From assembly GCF_004365815.1 (NCBI RefSeq), contig NZ_SODD01000005.1, positions 30,001 to 62,000 on the forward strand: a stretch of DNA of 32,000 nucleotides, given 5' to 3'. Both the position numbers and the translations under genes were made by a program. How positions within the stretch are numbered: the first letter of the stretch is position 1; each line of letters starts with the position of its first letter. The DNA comes from Breznakia blatticola (lineage in GTDB: Bacteria > Bacillota_I > Bacilli_A > Erysipelotrichales > Erysipelotrichaceae). Below are positions 17,316-25,960 of the stretch, piece by piece. The notes beneath the pieces are model-generated. The model had not been told where the DNA came from and did no database searches. It worked only from the letters and a program-made list of their open reading frames with translations.

Positions 17316-17324
17316 GTGCCCCTT
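17315..17324. repeat. Left target-site duplication GGTGCCCCTT
   Basis: Identical 10-mer repeated at 19019-19028, directly outside both IS inverted repeats. Confidence 0.85.
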
Positions 17325-17355
17325 TAATGTCATTAAGTTAAGTAATAGAATTGTA

Positions 17356-17389
17356 AGAGGAGTCAATTAATTTTGACCCCTCTTTTTTT
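17356..17389 (+). terminator. Terminator-like hairpin inside IS left end
   Basis: AGAGGAGTCAA (17356-17366) pairs with TTGACCCCTCT (17373-17383), with one mismatch. The T-run extends to 17389. It lies upstream of the transposase gene. Confidence 0.6.
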
Positions 17390-17528
17390 CTATTGACTTT
17401 TACTACAAAATTTGGGCGCTCCGCGCCTTTCGTAAGAGAGGTATATGGAGGTCGCTTAATTATGAAAATCGTATTTTTTATCTGTTTCATATTTTTAGTT
17501 CATAAAAATAGAATAGGAGGACTTTCTA

Positions 17529-18845
17529 ATGTCTGATTATTCTAATAAAGTTTTACGAGTTTTCAATTCCCATATTGATACTCTTGCGTCCGAGAAAAAT
17601 AGCCGGAACCTTGTAAATAACATCTATTCTGATTTCACTAGAAATCGCAAATTATCTTTCCAAGATTTAATGAAAATCATTATTTTTTCTGCTGCTAAAC
17701 CTATCAAAGAAGAATTATGGGATTACTTTGATTATGATGCGAATACTGCATCCTCAAGTGCATTTGTCCAAGCAAGAGATAAACTTAATTCCACTGCATT
17801 TAAGGAACTATTTTATTTATTGAATTCTTCTTTCCCTTGTAGAAAATTATACAATGGGTATCAACTTCTCGGTGTTGATGGCAGTGATCTTTCTATTCCT
17901 CTTGATTTAACTGATGCAGATACTTTAACTTCTTGTGGTTCCAATCTAAAGCAAATGAGTCAGTATCACATCGACTCTGCTTATGATCTGCTAGAACATC
18001 GATACGTTGATATGATAATAACTGGCTGTAAAAATAAAAACGAACCTAAATCGCTTGTGTCAATGGCTGAATCTCATCCAAAGGACAACGTTATTTATAT
18101 TGCGGATAGATATTATGCTACTTGGAATACTATGGCACATATTATGAATGCAAATAAATCTTTCGTTATTCGCTCCAAAGACATTGAATCAAAAAGTAGT
18201 TTACTTAAAAAGTTCAATTTACCAAATGAAGAGTTTGATGTAGATGTTCACACGATTCTAACAAAGAAACAAACGAAAGAGATCCGAAGTCAACCTGATA
18301 CATATCGATTTATTTCAACAACAACGACATTTGATTATATCGAAACTGTTAATGATGAATACCCAATTGGTTTTCGAGTTGTACGTTTTAAAGCGAATGG
18401 CGACGAGGAATATGAATCAATCTTAACTAATCTATCAAGAGAAGAATTCCCTGCTACTGCTATTAAAGAGTTATATAAATTGCGTTGGGGGATAGAGGTT
18501 TCTTTTCGCCATCTTAAGTATGCAACTGCACTTAAAGTGTTACATAGTAAAAAAAGAAACAGTATTCAACAAGAGATTTGGGCAAAGGCTATTTTGTATA
18601 ATTTATCTATGCTTATCATAAATAAAACTTGTGATAAAGTAGAGAAACGGCGTAAATGGGAGTATAAAATCAATCTTACAAGTGGTATTCATCTCATTCG
18701 CGAAATGATAAAAAGAAAAGGTGGTTTCCCACCCAGCTTCAAAACGATAATATCCAAGGAACTTCTTCCAATACGCCCTAACCGACAGAACGAAAGAAAT
18801 GTAAGAATTCAACGAACCATTGGTTTCAATTATCGTTTCTCTTAA
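17529..18845 (+). CDS. IS4-family DDE transposase
   Basis: 438 aa. The Y(2)R(3)E(6)K signature is readable in YKLRWGIEVSFRHLK. SD GGAGG upstream. Confidence 0.9.
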   Translation: MSDYSNKVLRVFNSHIDTLASEKNSRNLVNNIYSDFTRNRKLSFQDLMKIIIFSAAKPIKEELWDYFDYDANTASSSAFVQARDKLNSTAFKELFYLLNSSFPCRKLYNGYQLLGVDGSDLSIPLDLTDADTLTSCGSNLKQMSQYHIDSAYDLLEHRYVDMIITGCKNKNEPKSLVSMAESHPKDNVIYIADRYYATWNTMAHIMNANKSFVIRSKDIESKSSLLKKFNLPNEEFDVDVHTILTKKQTKEIRSQPDTYRFISTTTTFDYIETVNDEYPIGFRVVRFKANGDEEYESILTNLSREEFPATAIKELYKLRWGIEVSFRHLKYATALKVLHSKKRNSIQQEIWAKAILYNLSMLIINKTCDKVEKRRKWEYKINLTSGIHLIREMIKRKGGFPPSFKTIISKELLPIRPNRQNERNVRIQRTIGFNYRFS

Positions 18846-18953
18846 GCAATTACATTATAACCTAACTTCAAAAAATGTTCACTACAAAGAACATCTTTTT
18901 AGCATGTTCTTTACTGCTTGAAATATCACAACTTTTAGAAGACAACAAAAAAG

Positions 18954-18990
18954 CCAAGCAAAATTCACTTCATCGATGAATTTTGCTTGG
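18954..18990. other. Perfect 13-bp hairpin at IS right end
   Basis: CCAAGCAAAATTC (18954-18966) / GAATTTTGCTTGG (18978-18990) with an 11-nt loop. An A-run on the 5' side means it reads as a terminator for minus-strand transcripts entering the IS. Confidence 0.6.
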
Positions 18991-19018
18991 TTAATGGATT
19001 CTTAACTTAATGACATTA

Positions 19019-19028
19019 GGTGCCCCTT
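19019..19028. repeat. Right target-site duplication GGTGCCCCTT
   Basis: Identical to 17315-17324. Confidence 0.85.
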
Positions 19029-19127
19029 TCTTGTTTTGTTTTTTATCCAATTGTTATTTATTTTGAGTGTAAACGCTTACAAATTGTTGGTAAGATACAA
19101 ACAGTTAGAAAGTAAGAGGTGGATTTT

Positions 19128-20258
19128 ATGAGTGTTGAGATTTCAATTAGAAACGCTGTAAAAAGATATGGGGAGAATACAATCATTGAGGATTTATCAT
19201 TAGATGTAAAAAATGGGGAGTTTTTTACCTTACTAGGTCCTTCAGGATGTGGAAAAACGACACTGCTTAGAATGATTGCTGGATTCAATACGATTGAAGG
19301 TGGAACGTTTAAATTTAACGATACCTTAATCAATATAATGAATCCAGAAAAAAGAAATATTGGGATGGTATTTCAAAACTATGCCATCTTCCCAAATATG
19401 TCTGTAAGAAAAAATGTTGAATTCGGATTGAAACATAAGAAGAATTTGAAAGTGGACATCAAAGAAGAAACAAATAAATTCTTAAAATTAGTAAAAGTTG
19501 ATGGATATGCAGATCGAATGCCAGATCGTTTATCGGGTGGACAACAACAACGTGTTGCACTTGCTAGAGCTTTAGTTATTAAGCCAGATGTATTGTTGAT
19601 GGATGAGCCATTATCAAATCTAGATGCAAAACTTCGTGTAGAAATGCGTACAGTAATTAAGGAGATTCAAAGAGAAGTTGGGATTACAACGATTTATGTA
19701 ACGCATGATCAAGAAGAAGCGATGGCGGTATCTGATCGAATTGCAGTAATGAAAGATGGAGTGATTCGTCACTGTTCGACACCGCAAAAGATTTATCAAA
19801 GACCTGCGGATGTATTTGTTGCTACATTTATTGGGAAATCGAATTTACTACAAGCTAAAGTAGTTAAAGAAAATGATACACAATATGTAGAATTTCTAAA
19901 TGGATATAAAGTTGTATTCAATGATATGAAAGATGCAAACCATGAGGAAAAGGTGACAATTTCTGCTAGACCAGAAGAGTTAACTGTACACAAAGAAGTG
20001 CAAAAAGATGGAATCAAAGGAATTGTAAAAGATAGTGTATTCCTTGGGTTGAATACGCATTACTTCGTTGATCTTGAAACAAATGAAGAAATTGAAATTA
20101 TTCAAGAATCAGAAATTGGAGAAATTATACAACCAGGTAGTGAAATTACATTAACAATCAATACCAAAAAAGCAAATGTATTTAGCGAAGATGGAAATAG
20201 TTTAATGCATGGTGTAGATAACATCACTACAAAAGAACAGGCGGATAAAGCGCTATGA
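19128..20258 (+). CDS. ABC importer ATP-binding protein, PotA/FbpC-type with C-terminal regulatory (TOBE-like) extension
   Basis: Walker A GPSGCGKTT, signature LSGGQQQRV, Walker B LLMDEP. ATG 19128 lies 5 nt after SD GAGGTGG and is preferred over the GTG at 19119 used in the ORF track. Confidence 0.9.
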   Translation: MSVEISIRNAVKRYGENTIIEDLSLDVKNGEFFTLLGPSGCGKTTLLRMIAGFNTIEGGTFKFNDTLINIMNPEKRNIGMVFQNYAIFPNMSVRKNVEFGLKHKKNLKVDIKEETNKFLKLVKVDGYADRMPDRLSGGQQQRVALARALVIKPDVLLMDEPLSNLDAKLRVEMRTVIKEIQREVGITTIYVTHDQEEAMAVSDRIAVMKDGVIRHCSTPQKIYQRPADVFVATFIGKSNLLQAKVVKENDTQYVEFLNGYKVVFNDMKDANHEEKVTISARPEELTVHKEVQKDGIKGIVKDSVFLGLNTHYFVDLETNEEIEIIQESEIGEIIQPGSEITLTINTKKANVFSEDGNSLMHGVDNITTKEQADKAL

Positions 20259-21901
20259 CAAATACAAAGAAACAAGATATATGGACGTATGTGTCCATTG
20301 GACTAGCCGCTTTATTTATTTTATTTCTAGTATTTCCACTAGGTAAATTATTAAAAGAAGCAGTATATACAAATGGGGAGTTCTCATTAGATGCATTTGT
20401 GAAGTTCTTTCAAACACCGTACTATTACACATCGATATTCAATAGTACGAAAGTTGCATTAACTGTAACTGCATTAAGTTTACTATTGGGGATTCCATTC
20501 TCCTATTTCTATACCTTCTTTAAAATGAGAGGGAAGAAAGTATTATTTGTGCTTGTCTTACTATCGACAATGTCTGCTCCATTTATCGGAGCCTATGCAT
20601 GGGTATTATTGATGGGAAATTCTGGATTGATTACAGAATTTCTGGCGAAAATAGGAATTACGGATTTCTCAATATATGGATTTGGTGGAATTGTATTTGT
20701 ACAATCGATGAAGCTTTTCCCATTAGTTGTAATCTATATGAATGGAGCATTCAAAGATATTGATAACAGTTTACTTGAAGCAGCAGAGAGTATGAACTGT
20801 ACGGGACTTAAAAAATTCAAAGAAGTTATTATGTCATTAACTATGCCAACCATTTTGGCTGCTGCATTACTTGTATTTATGCGATCGTTTGCAGATTTTG
20901 GAACACCAGTTTTAATTGGACGTGGGTATTCAACATTCCCAGTATTAATTTACCAACAATTCTTAGGTGAGAATGGTACGGATTATCACTTTGCATCAGC
21001 CATTAGTGTTATTGCGATTTTAGTAACAGGATTAATCTTTATTATTCAAAAATACGCGACAAACAAATTTAAGTTTACAATTAATGCAATGCATCCAGTG
21101 CAACCAAAGAAAGCAAAACGTTTTCAAAATATGTTTATGCATGGATTTAACTATATCTTAGTTGCATTGGCGATGTTGCCACAATTTTATGTCATTAACA
21201 TGTCATTTAGAAATTATCGAAATTCCATCTTACAACCAGGATATTCACTAGTGAATTACCAAAAGGCGATGGAAAAAGATTTATTTAGATCACTTGGTAA
21301 TACATTACTGATTAGTGTAGTTACATTAACTGTTGTAATTATTATTGCTGTTCTTATTGCATACTTGGTAGTAAGACGTAAAAATGCATTTAACAATGCA
21401 ATAGATGTTGTTTCTATGTTGCCATATGTAATGCCAGGAGGAGTTATTGGTATTGCAATGATTATTGCCTTTAGTGGAAAACCATTCTACTTAACAGGAA
21501 CAATTGCGATTATGGTTATTGCTCTGGTGATTCGACGAATGCCATTTACCAGTCGATCCGCAACTGCCGCAATGATGAAAATACCTGAAAGTATCGAAGA
21601 AGCTGGAATAAGTTTAGGAGCTTCAAAATTACAGACATTCGTTAAAGTTACCATACCAATGATGTCGAGCGGAATTATTGCCGGTGCGGTATTGAGTTGG
21701 GTATCTATTATTACTGAGATGTCATCAGGAGTTATGTTATACAATAATAAAACGATTACCTTAACATTAAGTGCATACGCTGCCATTAACAATGGTACAT
21801 ATGGAGTTGCAGCGGTGTTTGCGACAATAACGACAATCTTTACAATTATTAGTTTAGTGATTTATTTGAAATTTGCCAAAACCGAAGATGTTTCGGTCTA
21901 A
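20255..21901 (+). CDS. Fused two-domain ABC importer permease (FbpB/ThiP-like)
   Basis: 548 aa. Two EAA-loop regions (EAAESMNCTGLKKFKEV and EEAGISLGASKLQTFVKV). About 12 hydrophobic helices. Overlaps the ATPase gene by 4 nt. Confidence 0.85.
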   Translation: MTNTKKQDIWTYVSIGLAALFILFLVFPLGKLLKEAVYTNGEFSLDAFVKFFQTPYYYTSIFNSTKVALTVTALSLLLGIPFSYFYTFFKMRGKKVLFVLVLLSTMSAPFIGAYAWVLLMGNSGLITEFLAKIGITDFSIYGFGGIVFVQSMKLFPLVVIYMNGAFKDIDNSLLEAAESMNCTGLKKFKEVIMSLTMPTILAAALLVFMRSFADFGTPVLIGRGYSTFPVLIYQQFLGENGTDYHFASAISVIAILVTGLIFIIQKYATNKFKFTINAMHPVQPKKAKRFQNMFMHGFNYILVALAMLPQFYVINMSFRNYRNSILQPGYSLVNYQKAMEKDLFRSLGNTLLISVVTLTVVIIIAVLIAYLVVRRKNAFNNAIDVVSMLPYVMPGGVIGIAMIIAFSGKPFYLTGTIAIMVIALVIRRMPFTSRSATAAMMKIPESIEEAGISLGASKLQTFVKVTIPMMSSGIIAGAVLSWVSIITEMSSGVMLYNNKTITLTLSAYAAINNGTYGVAAVFATITTIFTIISLVIYLKFAKTEDVSV

Positions 21902-21913
21902 AAGGAGGACATT

Positions 21914-22981
21914 ATGAAAAAATTAAAAGGATTATTTTTAGTAGCAATGCTGTTATTAGCAGCATGCTCAGGAAGTGGAGGAGATGGTGATTCAAGTGAT
22001 AAATCAGATGAAGCAAAACGTCCAGAATGGGCGCGTCCAGTTGATGAAATAACTGGAACAATCACGGTTTACACGACAATGGAAGAAACACAACAAGAAG
22101 CATTAAAAGAAATTTGGAATGATATTTATCCAAATTCAAAAATTGAAATTCAAACAGATTCATTAGGAACACTTTCTACTCGTATTCGCAGTGATGAAAA
22201 AAATGATGCAGATGTAATCGTAGGAGGATTATTCCAAGCGGATGGTGATACATACCACGATATCTTAGAAAAATATACATCACCATTAGATGGAGAACAA
22301 GGGGACTATGTTGATCCAAATGGATACTACACATACTACGATGTACAAGTAATGAGTTTAGTTGTAAACCCTAAACTTGCAGAAGACTTAGGTGTGGAAA
22401 TTAAAGGATACAAAGATTTATTAGATAAAAAATTAAAAGGAAAAATTATTCTTGCAGCTCCAGATGCAACTTCATCAGGATGGCGTCAAGTACAAACGAT
22501 GTTAGCTGTTATGGGTGATGAGTTTGATGATGACAAAGCTTGGGAATACATTGAACAATTAATGCCACAAGCATTCAGTACAACATCATCAAAAGATGTG
22601 TATAACTTAGTAACAAATGGTGAATATGTAGTTGGATTATCATACGAATCAACAGTAGATGCATTAATTCGTGATGGTGCACCAATCGAAAATGTATACA
22701 TGGTAGAAGGAAATACAGCAATGGCCACAGCTGGAGCAATCGTAAAAGATGCTCCAAATAAAGATGCAGCTGAAGCAATGATGGATTTATTAGCATCACG
22801 TGAATTCCAAGATATCCGTGCGGAAAGATCATCAGGTAGAGGAACAAACGTTAACAGTAAATTAGTTGATTTACCAGAAGAAAAAGAATTGAACTTAACA
22901 AAATTAGACTTCGATTACCTTATTGAAAATAAAGCAAAAATCATGGATCGTTGGAACACACTTTGGAATAAAACACACTAG
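21914..22981 (+). CDS. Extracellular solute-binding lipoprotein of the Fe3+/polyamine/thiamine-type ABC importer
   Basis: 355 aa. Signal peptide with lipobox LLLAAC. Ser/Asp/Gly-rich linker. SD AAGGAGG upstream. Confidence 0.8.
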   Translation: MKKLKGLFLVAMLLLAACSGSGGDGDSSDKSDEAKRPEWARPVDEITGTITVYTTMEETQQEALKEIWNDIYPNSKIEIQTDSLGTLSTRIRSDEKNDADVIVGGLFQADGDTYHDILEKYTSPLDGEQGDYVDPNGYYTYYDVQVMSLVVNPKLAEDLGVEIKGYKDLLDKKLKGKIILAAPDATSSGWRQVQTMLAVMGDEFDDDKAWEYIEQLMPQAFSTTSSKDVYNLVTNGEYVVGLSYESTVDALIRDGAPIENVYMVEGNTAMATAGAIVKDAPNKDAAEAMMDLLASREFQDIRAERSSGRGTNVNSKLVDLPEEKELNLTKLDFDYLIENKAKIMDRWNTLWNKTH

Positions 22982-23030
22982 TTAAAACTACATAAAGTTG
23001 TTAAACATATGAGGTGATGTAAAAAACTAG

Positions 23031-23062
23031 GGGTATACAATCTCTAGTTTTTCTTTCATCAT
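23031..23062 (+). terminator. Rho-independent terminator after ABC operon
   Basis: CTAGGGG (23037-23043) pairs with TCTCTAG (23051-23057), including two G.U pairs. Followed by a T-run and preceded by an A-run. Confidence 0.6.
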
Positions 23063-23080
23063 CTATCAAGGAGAAAAGAA

Positions 23081-23740
23081 ATGAATAAATTAATTGATCA
23101 CACATTACTAAAGGCAAACGCAACAAAAGAACAAATACTTACATTATGCAAAGAAGCAAAAGAATATGACTTTGCAAGTGTTTGTGTCAATTCCTATTGG
23201 GTACCTACGTGTAAAGAAGCACTAGCTAATTCTGATATAAAAGTATGTACAGTTGTGGGATTTCCATTAGGGGCAATGAGTAGTGCAGCAAAAGCAGAAG
23301 AAACAAAGATTGCCATTGAACAAGGGGCACAGGAAATCGATATGGTATTAAATATCGGGGAATTGATTGCAGGTAATGATGAAGTAGTACGCAAAGATAT
23401 TGCGGCTGTAGTAGATGCTGCAGATGGTCATATCGTCAAGGTTATATTTGAAACATGCTTATTGACTGACGAACAAATTGTAAAAGCATGTCAGTTATGT
23501 GTAGAAGCAAAAGCACCATATGTAAAAACAAGTACTGGATTTAACAGTGCAGGTGCAAACCCGCGAGTTGTTAAACTTATGAAAGATACAGTAAAAGATC
23601 AGGCGTTGGTGAAAGCCGCTGGAGGGGTTCGCTCAATTGATGATTTACAGGAAATGGTAAAAGCAGGAGCAAGTCGTATTGGAACAAGTTCTGGAGTTGC
23701 ACTAATGAAAGGTGCAAATACAGATCCAAGTTCTTACTAA
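23081..23740 (+). CDS. deoC: Deoxyribose-phosphate aldolase
   Basis: 219 aa. N-terminal IDHTLLK. Class I aldolase lysines in VKVIFET and YVKTSTGF. Confidence 0.9.
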   Translation: MNKLIDHTLLKANATKEQILTLCKEAKEYDFASVCVNSYWVPTCKEALANSDIKVCTVVGFPLGAMSSAAKAEETKIAIEQGAQEIDMVLNIGELIAGNDEVVRKDIAAVVDAADGHIVKVIFETCLLTDEQIVKACQLCVEAKAPYVKTSTGFNSAGANPRVVKLMKDTVKDQALVKAAGGVRSIDDLQEMVKAGASRIGTSSGVALMKGANTDPSSY

Positions 23741-23770
23741 AAAGAAAGCTAATCTGGGGAGGAAAATAAG

Positions 23771-24622
23771 ATGAATGAAATGGAAATGCGAAAGGTGCAG
23801 TTATTAGCAGATAAAACACGACTTGATGTTTTAAGAATGTTGAAACATATTGGATATGGACATGTTGGTGGTTCTTTATCGATTGTTGAAGTATTAGCTG
23901 TACTTTATGGAAAACAAATGCGCTATGATCCAAAAAATCCAAACTGGTCTGAGCGTGATATGTTTGTTTTATCAAAAGGGCATTCAGGTCCAGGATTATA
24001 TAGTGTACTAGCAAATAGTGGTTTCTTTGATAGAGAAGAGTTATTAACACTTAATGCAGGAGGAACAAATCTACCTTCGCATCCTGACCGCTTGAAAGTT
24101 GTTGGAGTTGATATGACAACAGGTTCTTTAGGACAAGGTATTTCTGCAGCTGCTGGAATGGCAACAGGTCTAGCTATGCGCAAGAAAGATCAATATGTAT
24201 ATGCAATTGTAGGAGATGGTGAATTGAATGAAGGGCAAGTGTGGGAAGCTTTTCAATATATTGCACATCATGCATTGCATAATTTAATTGTGTTTATTGA
24301 TGCAAATAAAAAACAATTGGATGGAACTACAGATGAAGTAATCAAACAATTTGATATTGCCAAGAAAATGGAAGCTTTTGGATTTTATACACAAACGGTT
24401 AAAGGTAGTGATATAGAGGCAATTGATCAAGCAATTGAAAAAGCAAAAGCATATGAAGGTAAAGCATTATGTATTGTACTTGATGGAATTAAAGGGGCAG
24501 GCGTTCCATATTTCGAGACATTAAAAGCAAATCATTCCGTTAAGTTTACTAATGATGAAATTAATCAAGCAACAGATGATGCAATTGCTAAACTAGAAGC
24601 AAAAATAGGGGGAGCAAACTAA
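23771..24622 (+). CDS. Transketolase, N-terminal (TPP-binding) subunit
   Basis: 283 aa. Motifs GHVGGSLS, SKGHSGP and the TPP motif GDGELNEGQVWEA. Confidence 0.9.
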   Translation: MNEMEMRKVQLLADKTRLDVLRMLKHIGYGHVGGSLSIVEVLAVLYGKQMRYDPKNPNWSERDMFVLSKGHSGPGLYSVLANSGFFDREELLTLNAGGTNLPSHPDRLKVVGVDMTTGSLGQGISAAAGMATGLAMRKKDQYVYAIVGDGELNEGQVWEAFQYIAHHALHNLIVFIDANKKQLDGTTDEVIKQFDIAKKMEAFGFYTQTVKGSDIEAIDQAIEKAKAYEGKALCIVLDGIKGAGVPYFETLKANHSVKFTNDEINQATDDAIAKLEAKIGGAN

Positions 24623-25584
24623 TGTTTACACTGGATAGAGAAAATAAAAAACCACGACGTGATTTACGCATGGCAGTGGTAGAAACATTAATTGATGTTA
24701 TGAATACAAATCCAAATGTAGTTGCATTAGAAGCTGATTTAGGTGATGCAAGTGGATTCAACAAAATCAAAGCTGCACATCCAGAACGCTTTATCAATGT
24801 GGGGATTGCTGAAGCAAACATGGTTGGTGTAGCTGCAGGACTAAGTCTTATTGATTATGTACCTTTTATTCATTCATTTGGACCATTTGCTTCACGACGT
24901 GTATTTGATCAATTGTTTCTTTCTGGAGGGTATGCAGATACAACAATTAATGTATATGGTTCCGATCCCGGATTTAATGCAGGACCAAATGGAGGAACAC
25001 ATACGACATTTGAAGATGTAGCACTTATTAAGATGATTCCAAATTCGATTATTTGTGATGCAGCGGATGATGTACAAATGGAATGGATAGTTCGTGAATT
25101 AGCAAAGTTAAAAGGTGTACACTATATCCGTGGAAATAGAAAAGCGGTAAGAAATGTATATGCGCAAGGGTCTACATTTAATTTAGGAAAAGGAAATGTT
25201 GTAAAAGAAGGAAGTGATGTCTTATTAATTACTGCTGGACAAATTCTTTCAGATGCACTTGATGCAGCAGAATTACTTCAAGAACAAGGGATTTCTGTAG
25301 AAGTAATTGATATGTTTACAATCAAACCATTTGATACAGATCTCGTATTAGAAAAAGTAAAAAATAAAAAAGTGATTGTTACATTCGAAAATCATTCAAT
25401 CTATGGTGGAATAGGAAGTACAGTTGCAGAAATTCTAGCTGAAAATACAGTGAATGTACCACTCTATCGAATGGGAGTAGATGAACGCTTTGGACAAGTT
25501 GGTAGCCAAGAGTATCTACAAAAAGAATTCAACTTAACTGCAAGTGATGTAATTGATACAATAAAACGTGCATTAAGTTTATAA
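24622..25584 (+). CDS. Transketolase, C-terminal (pyrimidine-binding) subunit
   Basis: 320 aa. Contains RFINVGIAEANMVGVAAGL. The start overlaps the stop of the N-terminal subunit (TAATG). Confidence 0.9.
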   Translation: MFTLDRENKKPRRDLRMAVVETLIDVMNTNPNVVALEADLGDASGFNKIKAAHPERFINVGIAEANMVGVAAGLSLIDYVPFIHSFGPFASRRVFDQLFLSGGYADTTINVYGSDPGFNAGPNGGTHTTFEDVALIKMIPNSIICDAADDVQMEWIVRELAKLKGVHYIRGNRKAVRNVYAQGSTFNLGKGNVVKEGSDVLLITAGQILSDALDAAELLQEQGISVEVIDMFTIKPFDTDLVLEKVKNKKVIVTFENHSIYGGIGSTVAEILAENTVNVPLYRMGVDERFGQVGSQEYLQKEFNLTASDVIDTIKRALSL

Positions 25585-25631
25585 AAAGATGAGAAAAATA
25601 TATCCATTTGTAGTATGATAATATAGGTCAT

Positions 25632-25706
25632 GCCTCCGTAGTTAAATGGATATAACCCGCCCCTCCTAAGGGTGAATTGTGAGTTCGATTCTCGCCGGGG
25701 GTGCCA
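25632..25706 (+). tRNA. tRNA-Arg (anticodon CCU)
   Basis: Hand-folded cloverleaf. Acceptor GCCTCCG/CGGGGGT. D arm GTTA-AATGGATA-TAAC. Anticodon arm CGCCC-CTCCTAA-GGGTG (CCT). T arm GTGAG-TTCGATT-CTCGC. Encoded GCCA 3' end. Confidence 0.85.
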
Positions 25707-25715
25707 GTAAACAAC

Positions 25716-25753
25716 GCTGTAAGCCTTTATTCGTAAGGGTTTGCAGCTTTTTT
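25716..25753 (+). terminator. Rho-independent terminator after tRNA
   Basis: 14-bp stem GCTGTAAGCCTTTA / TAAGGGTTTGCAGC with three G.U pairs. TTCG tetraloop. T6 run at 25748-25753. Confidence 0.8.
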
Positions 25754-25960
25754 GATTTTTGGAACAGAGAAGCTGACTCACAATTAATAACGGATAAATC
25801 TGTCCCCTATTCTGTAATGCTTCGTTCATATTTGCTAATTAGATTCGAACACTTTCCCACATTCTTGCTAAGAAAAATGCTTATTTGCTAATCCCAGAAT
25901 TTTGGTTAATCAGAGCTGCCAACGTGGTTGCCAGTTCGGGGGACTTCTGAAGCTGCTCAA

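Larger units (their letters stand above)
17325..19018 (+). mobile_element. Intact IS4-family insertion sequence (1694 bp)
   Basis: Perfect 18-bp terminal IRs: TAATGTCATTAAGTTAAG (17325-17342) and CTTAACTTAATGACATTA (19001-19018). Flanking 10-bp direct repeats. A single DDE transposase ORF. Confidence 0.9.

Noticed and set aside
19119-19127. GTG 19119 as the start of the ABC ATPase, and ATG 27286 as the start of the excisionase
   Set aside because: In both cases a downstream ATG (19128 and 27238) sits at ideal spacing from a strong SD (GAGGTGG and AAGGAGG). The upstream starts would place the SD inside the coding sequence.
22486-24821. Antisense ORFs opposite the binding-protein, deoC and transketolase genes (e.g. 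22575-22847, 23577-24050, 23923-24183, 24588-24821)
   Set aside because: They overlap well-supported genes on the other strand. Their composition is repetitive (Leu/His/Gln-rich), and no ribosome-binding sites are present.
25464-25891. ORFs 25464-25829 (-) and 25679-25891 (+) from the ORF track
   Set aside because: Both run through the tRNA-Arg gene and its terminator, and neither has an SD. The tRNA cloverleaf explains the sequence better.
25841-25892. 11-bp direct repeat TATTTGCTAAT as the target-site duplication of the island
   Set aside because: Both copies lie at the same end of the island, 40 bp apart, so they cannot be attL/attR. They are kept only as possible arm-type sites. The match at the far end (ATATTTGCT, ~30503) is too short in AT-rich DNA to call.
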